A stretch of 64,000 bases of DNA, from positions 1 through 64,000 of the IMG/VR virus record IMGVR_UViG_3300014205_000006, one strand, 5' to 3'. This stretch comes from a virus (lineage: Duplodnaviria; Caudoviricetes). The notes below the pieces were generated by a model. The model ran no database searches and had not been told where the DNA came from. It saw only the letters and a list, made by a program, of their open reading frames with translations. Below are positions 44,876-54,474 of this stretch, in pieces. Within the stretch, counting starts at the first letter, position 1. The number at the start of each line of letters is the position of its first letter. A program made the position numbers and the translations under genes.

Positions 44876-45885
44876 TGGCCGGCAAGAAGCAGATGACGAG
44901 CATCGCAGACCTTCACAAGAAGCACCTGCTGATGAAGGGCGATGACCCTCGGCTGGTCATCAAGTACCTCTCGACCGGCATCGGCGCGCTGGACGAGATC
45001 ACCGGCGGCGGCATCCCGCGCGGACGCGTCAGCCTCGCCGTGGGGCGCGAGTCGGCGGGCAAGACGTTGATCTGCCAGTACACGGCGGCGGAGACGCAGC
45101 GTCAGGGCGGGACGGTCGCCCTCATCGATGCCGAGCAGGCATTCGACGGCGACTGGTGGGCCGGGACGGGCGTGAACGTCAGCGACCTCATCCTCAGCCG
45201 CCCGTCGAATGGCGAGGAGGCCGTGGATGTTGCGATGGCGCTGGTCGGCGAGGTTGACCTCATCCTCATCGACTCGATGGCAGCGCTCATCCCCTCGGCG
45301 GTGATGGAGCAGTCGGCGGAGGACAACAACGTCGCCGGGCTCTCGCGCGTCCACAAGAAGTTGTTCGACCGCATCATCGCTCCGCTCGGACTCAGCAAGA
45401 CCGCGATTCTGGCCACCAACCAGTTCAGGGTCGCCATCGGGAATCCCGACCCGAGCGCCGTGTCGTTCCCCGGCGGCGAGGCGCAGCGCTTCTGGTCCAG
45501 CCTGACGATGCGAGTGTCGAAGGGCGGCTGGATTGAGACCGGCGGCGAGAAGATGGGCTTCAAGGTCGGCGTGTACGTCATGAAGAACAAGACTGGCCGC
45601 GCCTACAGGTCTGTTACGCTGCCGTTCACCTTCGATGGCCTGTTCGACTACGTGACCGTGGTCGTGGCGGAGGCCATCGACAAGGAGATCATCCAACACT
45701 CGGGCGCGTGGTACCGCTTCCCGTCCGAATGGCCGGTGGCCATCGTTCCTGATGCCGGGTACGGGCTCCTGCCCGAGGCGCACCGTGTGCAGGGACTCGA
45801 CAAGGTGCATCAAATCTTCGCTCAGAACCCGGAGGCGCTTGAGTGCCTCAAGGCGGCGACGTACGCCAAGGAGGAGGTCGCGTGA
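44875..45885 (+). CDS. recA: RecA-like recombinase
   Basis: STG...LD...GGGIPRGR, GRESAGKT, IDAE, IDSMAAL, NQFR, PGG, KNK. Confidence 0.9.
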   Translation: MAGKKQMTSIADLHKKHLLMKGDDPRLVIKYLSTGIGALDEITGGGIPRGRVSLAVGRESAGKTLICQYTAAETQRQGGTVALIDAEQAFDGDWWAGTGVNVSDLILSRPSNGEEAVDVAMALVGEVDLILIDSMAALIPSAVMEQSAEDNNVAGLSRVHKKLFDRIIAPLGLSKTAILATNQFRVAIGNPDPSAVSFPGGEAQRFWSSLTMRVSKGGWIETGGEKMGFKVGVYVMKNKTGRAYRSVTLPFTFDGLFDYVTVVVAEAIDKEIIQHSGAWYRFPSEWPVAIVPDAGYGLLPEAHRVQGLDKVHQIFAQNPEALECLKAATYAKEEVA

Positions 45886-46016
45886 CGAACTCATCGCAGT
45901 GCGTGGTGTGCCCTCACAAAGCCGCCGAGCACGTCATGGCAGAGAACGCGCAGGGGTGGCAGGGCGACTACTGCACCCTCTGCCGGACTCGTTGTAACGC
46001 AAGGAAGCCGCGATGA
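45882..46016 (+). CDS. Small Cys-rich protein
   Basis: GTGA/ATGA coupling; CVVCPH...H...CTLC. Confidence 0.45.
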   Translation: MTNSSQCVVCPHKAAEHVMAENAQGWQGDYCTLCRTRCNARKPR

Positions 46017-46387
46017 GCGCGGGCGCGACCGGCACGGGCATCGAGCGCACGCTACGCGGGCTGCTACGCCACCTCAACCTCATCGTCGTGGACGAGAGGC
46101 CCTTTGACCCCTACAGGGTTGATCTGTACTGCCCCGAGTTGCACGTCGCATTCGAGGCGGACGGGCCGACGCACGGCTTCAGCGGGCGCGACAGGAAGCG
46201 CGACGGGGAGTTGGCCGAGAAGTACGGGCTGGTTGTGTACCGCGTCCCGCTCGCCCGGCTCCGCAACGAGAAGCGCCGAGTGGAGGTGCTCGCCGAAATC
46301 GAGCAGTGCATCCCGCTCTGGACAGGGACGTACCTCAAGCGCGTGAAGCACGCTGACCGTCACGCGCCCGAGTGGAGGGGGATGTAA
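46013..46387 (+). CDS. DUF559/Vsr-like PD-(D/E)xK endonuclease
   Basis: YRVDLY.....AFEADGPTH...DRKRD. Confidence 0.75.
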   Translation: MSAGATGTGIERTLRGLLRHLNLIVVDERPFDPYRVDLYCPELHVAFEADGPTHGFSGRDRKRDGELAEKYGLVVYRVPLARLRNEKRRVEVLAEIEQCIPLWTGTYLKRVKHADRHAPEWRGM

Positions 46388-47205
46388 TGCCGACCGGGAA
46401 GCGCCGCATCCTTGTTGACCCGAGGGACTGGCTCATCAACTTCATCTGGGCGGCGATCAACGACGCGCCCGGATGGATCACCATCGGCCTCCAGAACAGC
46501 GAGTATGTGACGGGCGGGAACGCTTGGCACCACCCGTCCGGGCTCGCGAACCGCTGTCTGAGGGCCAAGCAGTTCGCGTTCATCGGCATGCCGAGCACAG
46601 ACGACTCGTGGGGCGGGAAGGGCACGTATGCCGCCTTCCTCGGCACGGCGAGTCACAAGTTGTTCGCCCATCTCGTCTCGAACACCGACCCGATCATGGA
46701 CGAGTTCAGGGCCAAGTACGCGGAGCCGCTCGCCCGGATTCACTCTGCCGAGGTCACGATCAACGAGCCGAATGTGCCCGTGCTGGGCACATTCGACGTT
46801 GACGTGATCGACTATGACGATGTGGATACGGTGGTCGACTGGAAGACGGTCGGCAACCTGCCGCGTGACCTGAAGGAAGATCACGCCGAGCAGATTCTCT
46901 GGTACATGTACATGAAGGGGCGCAAGCGCGGCTCCTTGATGTACATCTCGCGCATCAACGGCGACCACAAGCGCTTCGATGTCGACTGGGCGACGTACCG
47001 CCCGCTGTGGGAGCAGTCGGCGGCGGAAGCCGAGAAGGTGACCATCGCGACCGTGAACGGGGTGCTGGCCGACCGGACGCCCCCGTCAAGGACTGACTGC
47101 CCCAAATGCCCGTTCTACACGGTCTGTGAGCGCACCGAAAACTCGGGCGACGAGTCATGGCGACCGCTCGCCCTCGCCGCCGTTGAAGAACTGATGGCGA
47201 GGTAG
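46387..47205 (+). CDS. Cas4/RecB-like exonuclease
   Basis: PS....C.R, GT..H, G.FD, DWKT, Q...Y, C..CPF...C. Confidence 0.8.
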   Translation: MPTGKRRILVDPRDWLINFIWAAINDAPGWITIGLQNSEYVTGGNAWHHPSGLANRCLRAKQFAFIGMPSTDDSWGGKGTYAAFLGTASHKLFAHLVSNTDPIMDEFRAKYAEPLARIHSAEVTINEPNVPVLGTFDVDVIDYDDVDTVVDWKTVGNLPRDLKEDHAEQILWYMYMKGRKRGSLMYISRINGDHKRFDVDWATYRPLWEQSAAEAEKVTIATVNGVLADRTPPSRTDCPKCPFYTVCERTENSGDESWRPLALAAVEELMAR

Positions 47206-47208
47206 CGC

Positions 47209-47727
47209 ATGGCCGCTTCGGACGCTTGGCCCACGGCTCGCATCTGGAATGAGGTGGGACTCTCCGGCCTTCCCGACATCGCGGTCGAGGGCGACCAGAA
47301 CAAGTTGACCATCCACATGCCGCCCTCGGCGGATGGGCTCTCCCTCGGCGACCTCAGCAACGGCCTTCAGGAGTACGCGGCATACACCGCGTACGCGGCG
47401 ACCGTCCTCAGCGCTGAAGAGGCGAAGGTCGAGTACATCGAGGACAAGTTTGAGCATGCGGTCGCGCTCGCCTCGGCGAAGATGCGGCAGGACCAGCCGG
47501 ACGCCGTGAAGAAACTCACCGTGGACGGCATCCGGGCGCTCGTGATCGAGGGCGACCCGGAACTCATCGGGATGGCAGAGGAGTTGCGCATCGTCAACGC
47601 CCTCGTAAAGCGGCACACCCGGTTGTACGAGGGCTACAAGACTTCGTACAACGCCTACAGCAGGCAGGTCGAGTTCTTGCGCATCGAGCACGAGCAGACC
47701 CGGCAGACCGAAAGGCATGGACGTTGA
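47209..47727 (+). CDS. Coiled-coil protein (UvsY-like recombination mediator candidate)
   Basis: All-helical, located in the recombination cluster. Confidence 0.4.
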   Translation: MAASDAWPTARIWNEVGLSGLPDIAVEGDQNKLTIHMPPSADGLSLGDLSNGLQEYAAYTAYAATVLSAEEAKVEYIEDKFEHAVALASAKMRQDQPDAVKKLTVDGIRALVIEGDPELIGMAEELRIVNALVKRHTRLYEGYKTSYNAYSRQVEFLRIEHEQTRQTERHGR

Positions 47728-48131
47728 CCCCTCCCAAGGAACTGACCGACCGACAGCGCAACATCCTCTCGCGCATGAAGGCCTCGGGCGGCAACCCGTT
47801 GTCCTACACAGCCGCCTCAATCGCGGCTGAGACCGGGATGAAGCGGGCGACCGTCACGAACGCGCTGGACTCGCTCTACGCGGTTCACCGCCTTGTCGAG
47901 CGCATCGACACGAACAAGGGCATCATCTGGCGTCGCGTCTTCACCGAGGGCGAGGAGTCCCCGATGGAGGAGTTGGCGCCCAAGAAGCCGGTGGAGCCGC
48001 CCTGCCAGGTCTGCGGCGGCAAGCGCTCCCTCGACGTTCTGACGGCGAGCGGGACGAACACCGTCCCTTGCCCGAAGTGCAGATCAACCGAGTTCGACGG
48101 CGTGTACAACAAGTACCCCGCCGCCGAGTAG
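47724..48131 (+). CDS. Winged-HTH plus Zn-finger protein
   Basis: LTDRQRNIL...SIAAETGMKRATV..AL; CQVC..CPKC. Confidence 0.6.
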   Translation: MTPPKELTDRQRNILSRMKASGGNPLSYTAASIAAETGMKRATVTNALDSLYAVHRLVERIDTNKGIIWRRVFTEGEESPMEELAPKKPVEPPCQVCGGKRSLDVLTASGTNTVPCPKCRSTEFDGVYNKYPAAE

Positions 48132-48160
48132 GCATTGCGCTCTTGGAGAAAGGGTGCCCG

Positions 48161-48478
48161 ATGTCGTGGCCGAAAGGTCGGAAGCATACACAGGAGGAGT
48201 TGGACCGCATCCGCGCGGCTCGCAAGGGCCCGGCGCTCCCGCCGAAGGATGCGGCCCCGATTCGTGACACGTCCGTGAACCGGACGAGTTCAATTCCGTG
48301 CATCGCTGGCACCGTGCACCACTGGAAGATCAACGACGCGCTCATGGGCCTGTGCAAGAACTGCGGAGCGGGGCACCAGTTCGTGCACGAGGTCGGTCAA
48401 CAAGTCGAGTTGCACGCATCGCCGTGGGACGTTCAGGGGTGGGCGGCGAACCCGCAGAGAGTAGCCAACATTGACTGA
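48161..48478 (+). CDS. NUMOD3-like motif plus Zn-ribbon protein
   Basis: KGRKHTQEELDRIRAARKG; C..HHW...CKNCG. Confidence 0.55.
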   Translation: MSWPKGRKHTQEELDRIRAARKGPALPPKDAAPIRDTSVNRTSSIPCIAGTVHHWKINDALMGLCKNCGAGHQFVHEVGQQVELHASPWDVQGWAANPQRVANID

Positions 48479-49436
48479 ATCAGGTACGCTCGGAGAGGCT
48501 CGCCGTTCCATCGGGGGCAGCGTGGACTGTGGGAGTCCCGGCCCCTCGCCTACTCACCCCAAGAGTCGGGCGGCGGCGAGCCACCCCTTCACCCTCCAGC
48601 GCTTCAACTGGAACAACGAGCCCGGCGAGTTCGCTGTGGGCGTCCCCATCTACTACGGGGACGAGCGGAAGCGCAAGAACAACCTCAAGCGCCTCGATGC
48701 CTCGCTCGCGCTGCTCGCCGCCGCGAACCCCGGAGCGACATTCCTCCTGCTCGATGACGGTTCTCCCGCGCCCGTGGACGTGGACCATTTCTCGCCAATC
48801 CTAGGCAACGTCGCATGGGCCTACGCGCGGCAGGAGAACCGGGGAGCGGGCGGGGCATACCACGCGCTTCAGGTCGCCCTCTCGCCGTGCCGGTACGTCG
48901 CGAACCTCGACGCCGACGTGGAGTTGGACGACCCGCTCGCCCTCCAGCACGCCGCTGAGGGCTTCGACGCGAACCCGGACGCGGTGATCATCTCCTCGAA
49001 CATCACCTACTTCGCGCGCATGTGGTTCGCGCAGAACCCGGACGGCGGGCGGTGGGTGTCGGGCGCGAACAGCGCGGACTTCCGCCTGTACAAGTCCATC
49101 CTGCTCGGTGAAGTGGGGTACGTTGACCCTGAGATTCGTCGCCTCGAAGATGGCGAGTTCAGGCTGCGTATGGAGGCGCTTCACGGCCTGAAGGTGTACG
49201 TTGACCGGCTCATTACGGGCAAGGCGACGCCGGGGATGACCGACGCCGCGCGTGCCGAGGAGAACGTGCCGATGGTGCTGTCCCGCTCGCCGTGGGCGCA
49301 GGCAACTCGGCGGAGGGATGGGAGGTTCCTGTCGCTCAGGCTCCGTGCGAAGGCGCGAGAGCAGAACTGGCAGGACAGGTACGTCGGGCCCGCGCCCTAC
49401 GCACTCGCGCTCCGCGACGCGCTGTGGGAGGCCTGA
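48471..49436 (+). CDS. GT-A fold (GT2-like) glycosyltransferase
   Basis: VGVPIY, LLLDDGS, ENRG, NLDAD, EDGEF..R. Confidence 0.7.
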   Translation: MTESGTLGEARRSIGGSVDCGSPGPSPTHPKSRAAASHPFTLQRFNWNNEPGEFAVGVPIYYGDERKRKNNLKRLDASLALLAAANPGATFLLLDDGSPAPVDVDHFSPILGNVAWAYARQENRGAGGAYHALQVALSPCRYVANLDADVELDDPLALQHAAEGFDANPDAVIISSNITYFARMWFAQNPDGGRWVSGANSADFRLYKSILLGEVGYVDPEIRRLEDGEFRLRMEALHGLKVYVDRLITGKATPGMTDAARAEENVPMVLSRSPWAQATRRRDGRFLSLRLRAKAREQNWQDRYVGPAPYALALRDALWEA

Positions 49437-49642
49437 TGGCGCTCCCTCGGGCCCGCGTGTGGGGACAGGGTGAGTCCCGTCAGACGTCTGACGCGCCCGC
49501 CACTGTCCAATCGCCCCGCCGGGCGGCGTTCAACGCCTTCGTCAAACTGCTCTCGTCTCACACTGACGAGAACATCATGTACACGAAACATCGCTGCGAG
49601 CAGTGTGACCTCGCGTTCAGTGCATGGCTGGAGTTGCTATGA
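49436..49642 (+). CDS. Small hypothetical protein
   Basis: Coupled; CEQC. Confidence 0.45.
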   Translation: MALPRARVWGQGESRQTSDAPATVQSPRRAAFNAFVKLLSSHTDENIMYTKHRCEQCDLAFSAWLELL

Positions 49643-50133
49643 CGTTGCGGATTTGCGAGTGGGAAGATTGGCTGGCGCACGGGAGCCCGGAGCACGATTA
49701 TCACACGCTGTCGCTCCCGCTCGGGCACGCACTGCCCGGCATCTGGCGTTGCCCGCCCGGCTGCCCCGTCGCGATGTTCAACAAGGACTGGCACGACCAC
49801 GCGCCCGAATCGCCGTGGCCGCACCTGAAGGTCGCGCCCGAGCCGACACTTGAAGAGGTCATCGCCGAGTACCTCGAATGGGCCAACGAGACGTTCCCCA
49901 CGGCGACGCCCACGAGTGCCGTGGTTCACCTCTCCCGCGAGGTCGCTGAACTCTTGGACGAACCGACCGATGGCGAGGAGCAGAGCGACGCGCTGATGCT
50001 GCTCCTCCACGCCGCGCACCTGTCGGGCAACGACATGAAGTACGAACTCCGCCGCAAGTTGGCGATCAACCGGGCCCGGACGTGGGGCAAGCCGGACGCT
50101 GACGGAGTCGTGGAGCACGTCCGCGATGAGTAG
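49639..50133 (+). CDS. DUF550/MazZ-like dNTP pyrophosphohydrolase
   Basis: EWANETF, HL.REV.EL, E..D..ML, KL.IN..RTW...DGV.EH. Confidence 0.7.
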   Translation: MTLRICEWEDWLAHGSPEHDYHTLSLPLGHALPGIWRCPPGCPVAMFNKDWHDHAPESPWPHLKVAPEPTLEEVIAEYLEWANETFPTATPTSAVVHLSREVAELLDEPTDGEEQSDALMLLLHAAHLSGNDMKYELRRKLAINRARTWGKPDADGVVEHVRDE

Positions 50134-50623
50134 CAGCATCACCGACAAGCCGTGCATCGCCTGCGGCCTTCCGCGCAAGTGGTTCTCCTACAGCGAGGGC
50201 TACACGAGCGGGGCGTACTGGAATGAGCCCTGCCAGCACTGCCCGTCCGGGCACGGTCGGATGCCTTGGCCCGAATACTTCAAGGGCATCGCCATCGCCG
50301 TGAGCGCTCGCGCGTCCTGCCCTCGCGACACGGTAGGCGCGGTCATCGTGGACGCCTACCACCGAGTGATCGCGACCGGCTACAACGGCGCAGCGCCCGG
50401 CGAGGATGAGTGCGTCGAGGTCGGCTGCCGCATCGAGGACGGGCACTGCCAGCGGGCGAATCACGCCGAGGTCAACGCCCTCGCCGATGCCGCCGCCCGA
50501 GGCGTGAGCGTTCGCGGGTGCACGATGTACCTGTACCGCGAGCGGTTCCCTGACCTCGGCGTCTGCCGTGAGTGCGACAAGTTGGTCAGAGCAGTTGGGC
50601 TCTACAAGGTGGAGGTCGTGTGA
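50126..50623 (+). CDS. dCMP deaminase
   Basis: W.EYF..IA.....ASC...VGAVIV, TGYNG, HAEVNA, C.EC. Confidence 0.85.
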   Translation: MSSSITDKPCIACGLPRKWFSYSEGYTSGAYWNEPCQHCPSGHGRMPWPEYFKGIAIAVSARASCPRDTVGAVIVDAYHRVIATGYNGAAPGEDECVEVGCRIEDGHCQRANHAEVNALADAAARGVSVRGCTMYLYRERFPDLGVCRECDKLVRAVGLYKVEVV

Positions 50624-51003
50624 TGCCGCGAGTCGTGGTCGATGTCGACCGTCACATCTGCCCGACGTGCGGACAGATGCGGGGCGGAGCGCCCGAGGAG
50701 TTCACGAAGGGCGACTTCAAGGTCTATCTCCTGAAGGGCTACGCGACCGTGGACGGAAGCGTGATCCAGATCAGTCCGACCGAGTGGTTGGTGCTCTTGG
50801 CGCTTGCGAAGCAGCCGAACCGCCCGGTGGCGAGCCACAACATCGCTCGCGAGGTGTGGGGCTATGCCGACATGTCGGCCCGCTCGAACTTGCGCGTCCA
50901 AATCTCCCGTCTGCGCAAGAAGGGCGTGCCCATCACGACGCTCTACAACGCATACGGCCTGTTCGAGGACGATGTGCCGTCCCGCGACCGGCGGGTGCCG
51001 TGA
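50623..51003 (+). CDS. Stand-alone OmpR/PhoB-type winged-helix domain protein
   Basis: ISPTEW.VL..LA, VWG, LRVQISRLRKK. Confidence 0.7.
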   Translation: MPRVVVDVDRHICPTCGQMRGGAPEEFTKGDFKVYLLKGYATVDGSVIQISPTEWLVLLALAKQPNRPVASHNIAREVWGYADMSARSNLRVQISRLRKKGVPITTLYNAYGLFEDDVPSRDRRVP

Positions 51004-51341
51004 TCAAGTGCATCATCTGCTCCGCCCGCGTCGAGACGGCTTGGCCTCACATGAAGGACGAGCACGACATCGACGCCCCGGCGGTGCCCGACACGACGTT
51101 GGTGCAGCATCGCGCCCCGGCCCGCGTGATCCGCGAGCCCGCGCCTCGCCCTACAGGGCGACCTCCGCTGCTGAGTCGCGTACGGCCCGATTTGGGGCTG
51201 AGCGCCGACGTGTTCGAGTGCTGCGGGGCCAAGACCATCGTGATCGACTCGCGCCCCGGCGAGGGTACGATCCGCCGCCGCCGGAAGTGCCCGACGTGTG
51301 GCGACCGCTTCACGACGCTGGAATTGAGGTTGACCGAATGA
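51000..51341 (+). CDS. NrdR-like Zn-ribbon protein lacking the ATP-cone
   Basis: CG.KT.VIDSR....IRRRRKCPTCGDRFTTLE. Confidence 0.75.
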   Translation: MIKCIICSARVETAWPHMKDEHDIDAPAVPDTTLVQHRAPARVIREPAPRPTGRPPLLSRVRPDLGLSADVFECCGAKTIVIDSRPGEGTIRRRRKCPTCGDRFTTLELRLTE

Positions 51342-51598
51342 CGCAGCAGGTTGATACGTTCCGGGCGGCGGTCGAGACCATCGCCGCTCCGCTCGTCAAG
51401 GCGGTCGAGGACGAGATGCAGCGCATCTTCAATCCTCGGCGGTTCGGCTCTGACCATGACAGCGCTTGGTGCAACGACTGCGCACGGCACGTCTACCGGC
51501 AGACGTTCAATCACGACAAGTGGGCGCACAGCGAGCGCTGCCGTTGGCCTGTCCTCGCTCGCGCGCTCGCGCTCTACAAGGCGGGGCTTGAGGCGTAG
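51338..51598 (+). CDS. Small Zn-finger protein
   Basis: CNDC...H...C; ATGA coupling. Confidence 0.5.
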   Translation: MTQQVDTFRAAVETIAAPLVKAVEDEMQRIFNPRRFGSDHDSAWCNDCARHVYRQTFNHDKWAHSERCRWPVLARALALYKAGLEA

Positions 51599-51638
51599 GC
51601 CCGCTCAAAGCGTAGGGGTGAGCCCGCTCAAAGCGGGC
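51599..51638. repeat. 14-bp direct repeat GCCCGCTCAAAGCG; second copy forms a hairpin
   Basis: Copies at 51599-51612 and 51622-51635. Confidence 0.55.
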
Positions 51639-51668
51639 CCGACCTCGTAGGGAATTGCGACATGGGCG

Positions 51669-52028
51669 ATGCACGAGTCAACTAGCATCTCTGTGACGGT
51701 GACGGGGTTCGTGGCGTGGCCGCCGAACATGGCGAATCAGCTGATGACGCTACATCTCGACCCGCACTGCGGCCCGCTCACCCGAAGCGCGTGGCGCGAG
51801 CGGACAGGACGGCCCAAGGTGCATCTCCGCCTCGTCACGGTCGAGGCGACCGAACTGCGCGTGTGGAAGTCGATGTTCAGGCGCAAGCCGGGGAGACGCG
51901 ACATCGCCGTGTACGGGACATCGCAGTACAAGCGCGGCGTCCTCGTCTGGTCGGGTGTCTGGAGATGGAAGTCGTGCACGTCCTGCGCTGCTAGGCAACT
52001 GCTCGACGTGGTGAGGCCCGCAGCGTGA
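51669..52028 (+). CDS. Hypothetical protein
   Basis: Stop coupled to the next GTG; start uncertain. Confidence 0.45.
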   Translation: MHESTSISVTVTGFVAWPPNMANQLMTLHLDPHCGPLTRSAWRERTGRPKVHLRLVTVEATELRVWKSMFRRKPGRRDIAVYGTSQYKRGVLVWSGVWRWKSCTSCAARQLLDVVRPAA

Positions 52029-52180
52029 AGGGCGTGTCGATGCTCACGGCATCCTGCGACACCTGCCGGAAGCGGGCGCGGTTCGGCAAGCCGGGCGCGG
52101 CGTGGCGCTGGGTAGAGCGGCACAAGCGCGATACGGGGCACGCCCTCTGGCGTATCGAAGGGCAAGGAGTAACACGATGA
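52025..52180 (+). CDS. Small C2H2-like protein
   Basis: CDTC...W...H...TGH. Confidence 0.5.
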   Translation: MKGVSMLTASCDTCRKRARFGKPGAAWRWVERHKRDTGHALWRIEGQGVTR

Positions 52181-52608
52181 GAGTGCTTGACGCGGGACAC
52201 CGATACGAGTTGCAGGGGAACAAGGGCGGCGGGCCTACCGTCCTCCAGTTCTTCAAGGATGCCCGGCTCCACGATGGCGACGGGGCGGAGGGGACGACCA
52301 ACCAAGAGGTCGCCCGCGCCCTGATCGACCGTCTGCGCTACCTCGAAGCGGAAGCCCCTTGGGGCGGCGACTTCCACATGATCGACAACCTCCGTGACCT
52401 GATCGTGATGCACGAGGTCAGGGCGGCGATGAGGCGCGGGCTCTGTGGCGCGGCGGCGATGCGTGTCCTCGTCGCGCTGAACCGGGCCGAACTCCCGAGC
52501 GTGGGAATCGAGCGCATCCAACCCCGCTCGGCGGACGGTCACATCTACCCGCGCGACATCCACCGCGCAGCCGATTGCGACGGGAAATGCGAGCGCCTCG
52601 ATGCCTGA
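52177..52608 (+). CDS. Tad1/Acb2-like anti-defence nucleotide sponge candidate
   Basis: GHRYEL...LQF.K...GTTNQEV...LIDRL..L...P...R...RRG; AAGGAG RBS. Confidence 0.5.
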   Translation: MRVLDAGHRYELQGNKGGGPTVLQFFKDARLHDGDGAEGTTNQEVARALIDRLRYLEAEAPWGGDFHMIDNLRDLIVMHEVRAAMRRGLCGAAAMRVLVALNRAELPSVGIERIQPRSADGHIYPRDIHRAADCDGKCERLDA

Positions 52609-52870
52609 ACAGTATCGTGTTTCAGATGGTGGCGTAGGTATCGTCCAAATCGCGGGTGAAAACGCCGGGAAAGCCTCGGCGGAGTTCAGGGCCGCGATGG
52701 GGTGGGGGCGGGAGCGACTCGCCCAAAAGGTCGGTGTCGGCTGGCAGACCATCTACAACTGGGAACGGCGCGGTCAGGTGCCGCACCCCAAGCACCTCGC
52801 CGCGCTGAAGGCCGTGATCCTGTACTACGCCCTGCGCGCTGAGAGAGGCATCCCTGACGACCCGGCGTGA
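52601..52870 (+). CDS. XRE/Cro-type HTH regulator
   Basis: R..MGW.RERLAQKVGVGWQTIYNWERRGQVP. Confidence 0.8.
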   Translation: MPEQYRVSDGGVGIVQIAGENAGKASAEFRAAMGWGRERLAQKVGVGWQTIYNWERRGQVPHPKHLAALKAVILYYALRAERGIPDDPA

Positions 52871-53435
52871 GCCGGTCGGTCGGTCGATACGGTCGATGGA
52901 ATACGCGCTGCCCTATGCTTGCTGGCTGGAGTACCTGATTTGGCCCCATGGCGCGCCATGAGGCGGAACACTAAATCAAATGTGCCTCTAGACCGCCAGA
53001 AATCTTACCCAGCAGGCAATGGACTTCCGGGCCTAATTCTGACATATGTCTTAAATGGCGCTGATAATCACGAACTCCTCGCCGCCATGACCCCGTTCCC
53101 CGTGTAGCAGATCGGCGAACCGAGCCCGTACGCAACTCACAGATCGGCGGAAGCACGCTTGTCAAATTTGCGCTTGTGAAGTGCGTCCGGCTGAAGAGAA
53201 GCGACGACAGATAGAACCGGAAGCCCGACACCCCGCCCCTTCCGTCTGACCGTTCCGCTCATTCAGAACACGATTTCACCCGAGCCTGCCCCGTCGCCCA
53301 TTGAAGACCTGCTTTTGACATGTGCGCCCCAGATGTGAGCTGGCAGCCCGTACGCGAGGCGGCCCCATGGGTGATGGCGCTACCCTCGGCGAGGCTCGCA
53401 TCGTGACGAGCACGGAGCACGGCAGGAGCGGCACG

Positions 53436-54044
53436 ATGGGTAAGAAGCGGACGCGCGTGGCCAACGACCTCGCCCGCTATGACGACGTGAACATCGAGGT
53501 CTACCGCCTGAGGCTGCTCGGCCTCACCGACCCGGCCATCGCCAAGCGCCTCTCTCTATCTACGCGGCAGATTCCCGCCGCCGCCCGGCGCGGGGAGGCG
53601 CTCGTCCAGCACGTTCAGGAAGGCGATGTGCTTGATGCGAGGCGGAGAGCCATTGCCCGCCACGAATACCTGATGTCCCAGCACTTCGCTAATCACACCC
53701 TGCTCCGCGACCGGATAGGGGAGGGGGTAGGGGACGCCGAGCCCGACCCGGCGAAGCCGCCCCCGCTCCCGCTCCTCGCGCACGACCTCGTTGAGCTGGT
53801 GAATGCGGACACGAAGGTGCTACAGGCGATTGGCGCTGAAGGGGCTGCTATCGAGGGCCTCCAAGGAGCCGCCCCGAGTAGGGGAGAGCAGGGCACGCCC
53901 GCTATCACGAACAACATCCTCATCGCCCTGCCGAGCGGGGAGCAGGTGCCTATCGCCGCGCTCTCCGGGCCAGACCTCGACGCCGCCATCCTCGCTCTGG
54001 AGGCCGGGGAGGACGTGATCGAAGGCGAATTCACCCCGGAGTAG
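53436..54044 (+). CDS. Putative terminase small subunit
   Basis: N-terminal HTH (LR.LGLT...IAKRLSLS), coiled middle, ITNNI and C-terminal VIEGEF; AGGAG RBS; flanked by non-coding DNA. Confidence 0.5.
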   Translation: MGKKRTRVANDLARYDDVNIEVYRLRLLGLTDPAIAKRLSLSTRQIPAAARRGEALVQHVQEGDVLDARRRAIARHEYLMSQHFANHTLLRDRIGEGVGDAEPDPAKPPPLPLLAHDLVELVNADTKVLQAIGAEGAAIEGLQGAAPSRGEQGTPAITNNILIALPSGEQVPIAALSGPDLDAAILALEAGEDVIEGEFTPE

Positions 54045-54429
54045 GGTGCCAGTGTCCAAAAAAGCCAGCAAAACACTGGCAATGACACGCTCGGGATAAG
54101 CGAAGCAATACAGCGTATATATGCTACCTCGCCCACACACGTGGTAATACGCTCGTACGAATACACATCTTGCTGGCTCTCCCACGCCAAGCCATGACCA
54201 AAGCCATCATCCGCGCCGTTTCGCACATCGCACATGCGAGGTAGCGCTGGCCCCGCGCAGTAGCGTGCCAAATTTCCGTCAAAATGAACATGGTCGCCGC
54301 GCCCTCGCCGGACGGAGCCGAGCCTTGGCGGTAGCGGGCCGGGCCTTCAGGATTTTGCCACGAGCCGGTCAGCGCCTTGCCAAAACCGCTTCAAATTTTG
54401 CCATACATCCGGGCGAATTTGGGGTGGAT

Positions 54430-54474
54430 AGTAGTAGCGCGATTATCCGGATGGGAGTAGTATCGCGATTATCC
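54430..54474. repeat. 19-bp direct repeat AGTAGTAKCGCGATTATCC x2
   Basis: 54430-54448 and 54456-54474, one mismatch. Confidence 0.7.

Noticed and set aside
49639-50133. 2-aminoadenine (Z) genome
   Set aside because: DUF550-like gene present, but no PurZ or DatZ-like HD hydrolase recognised in the window
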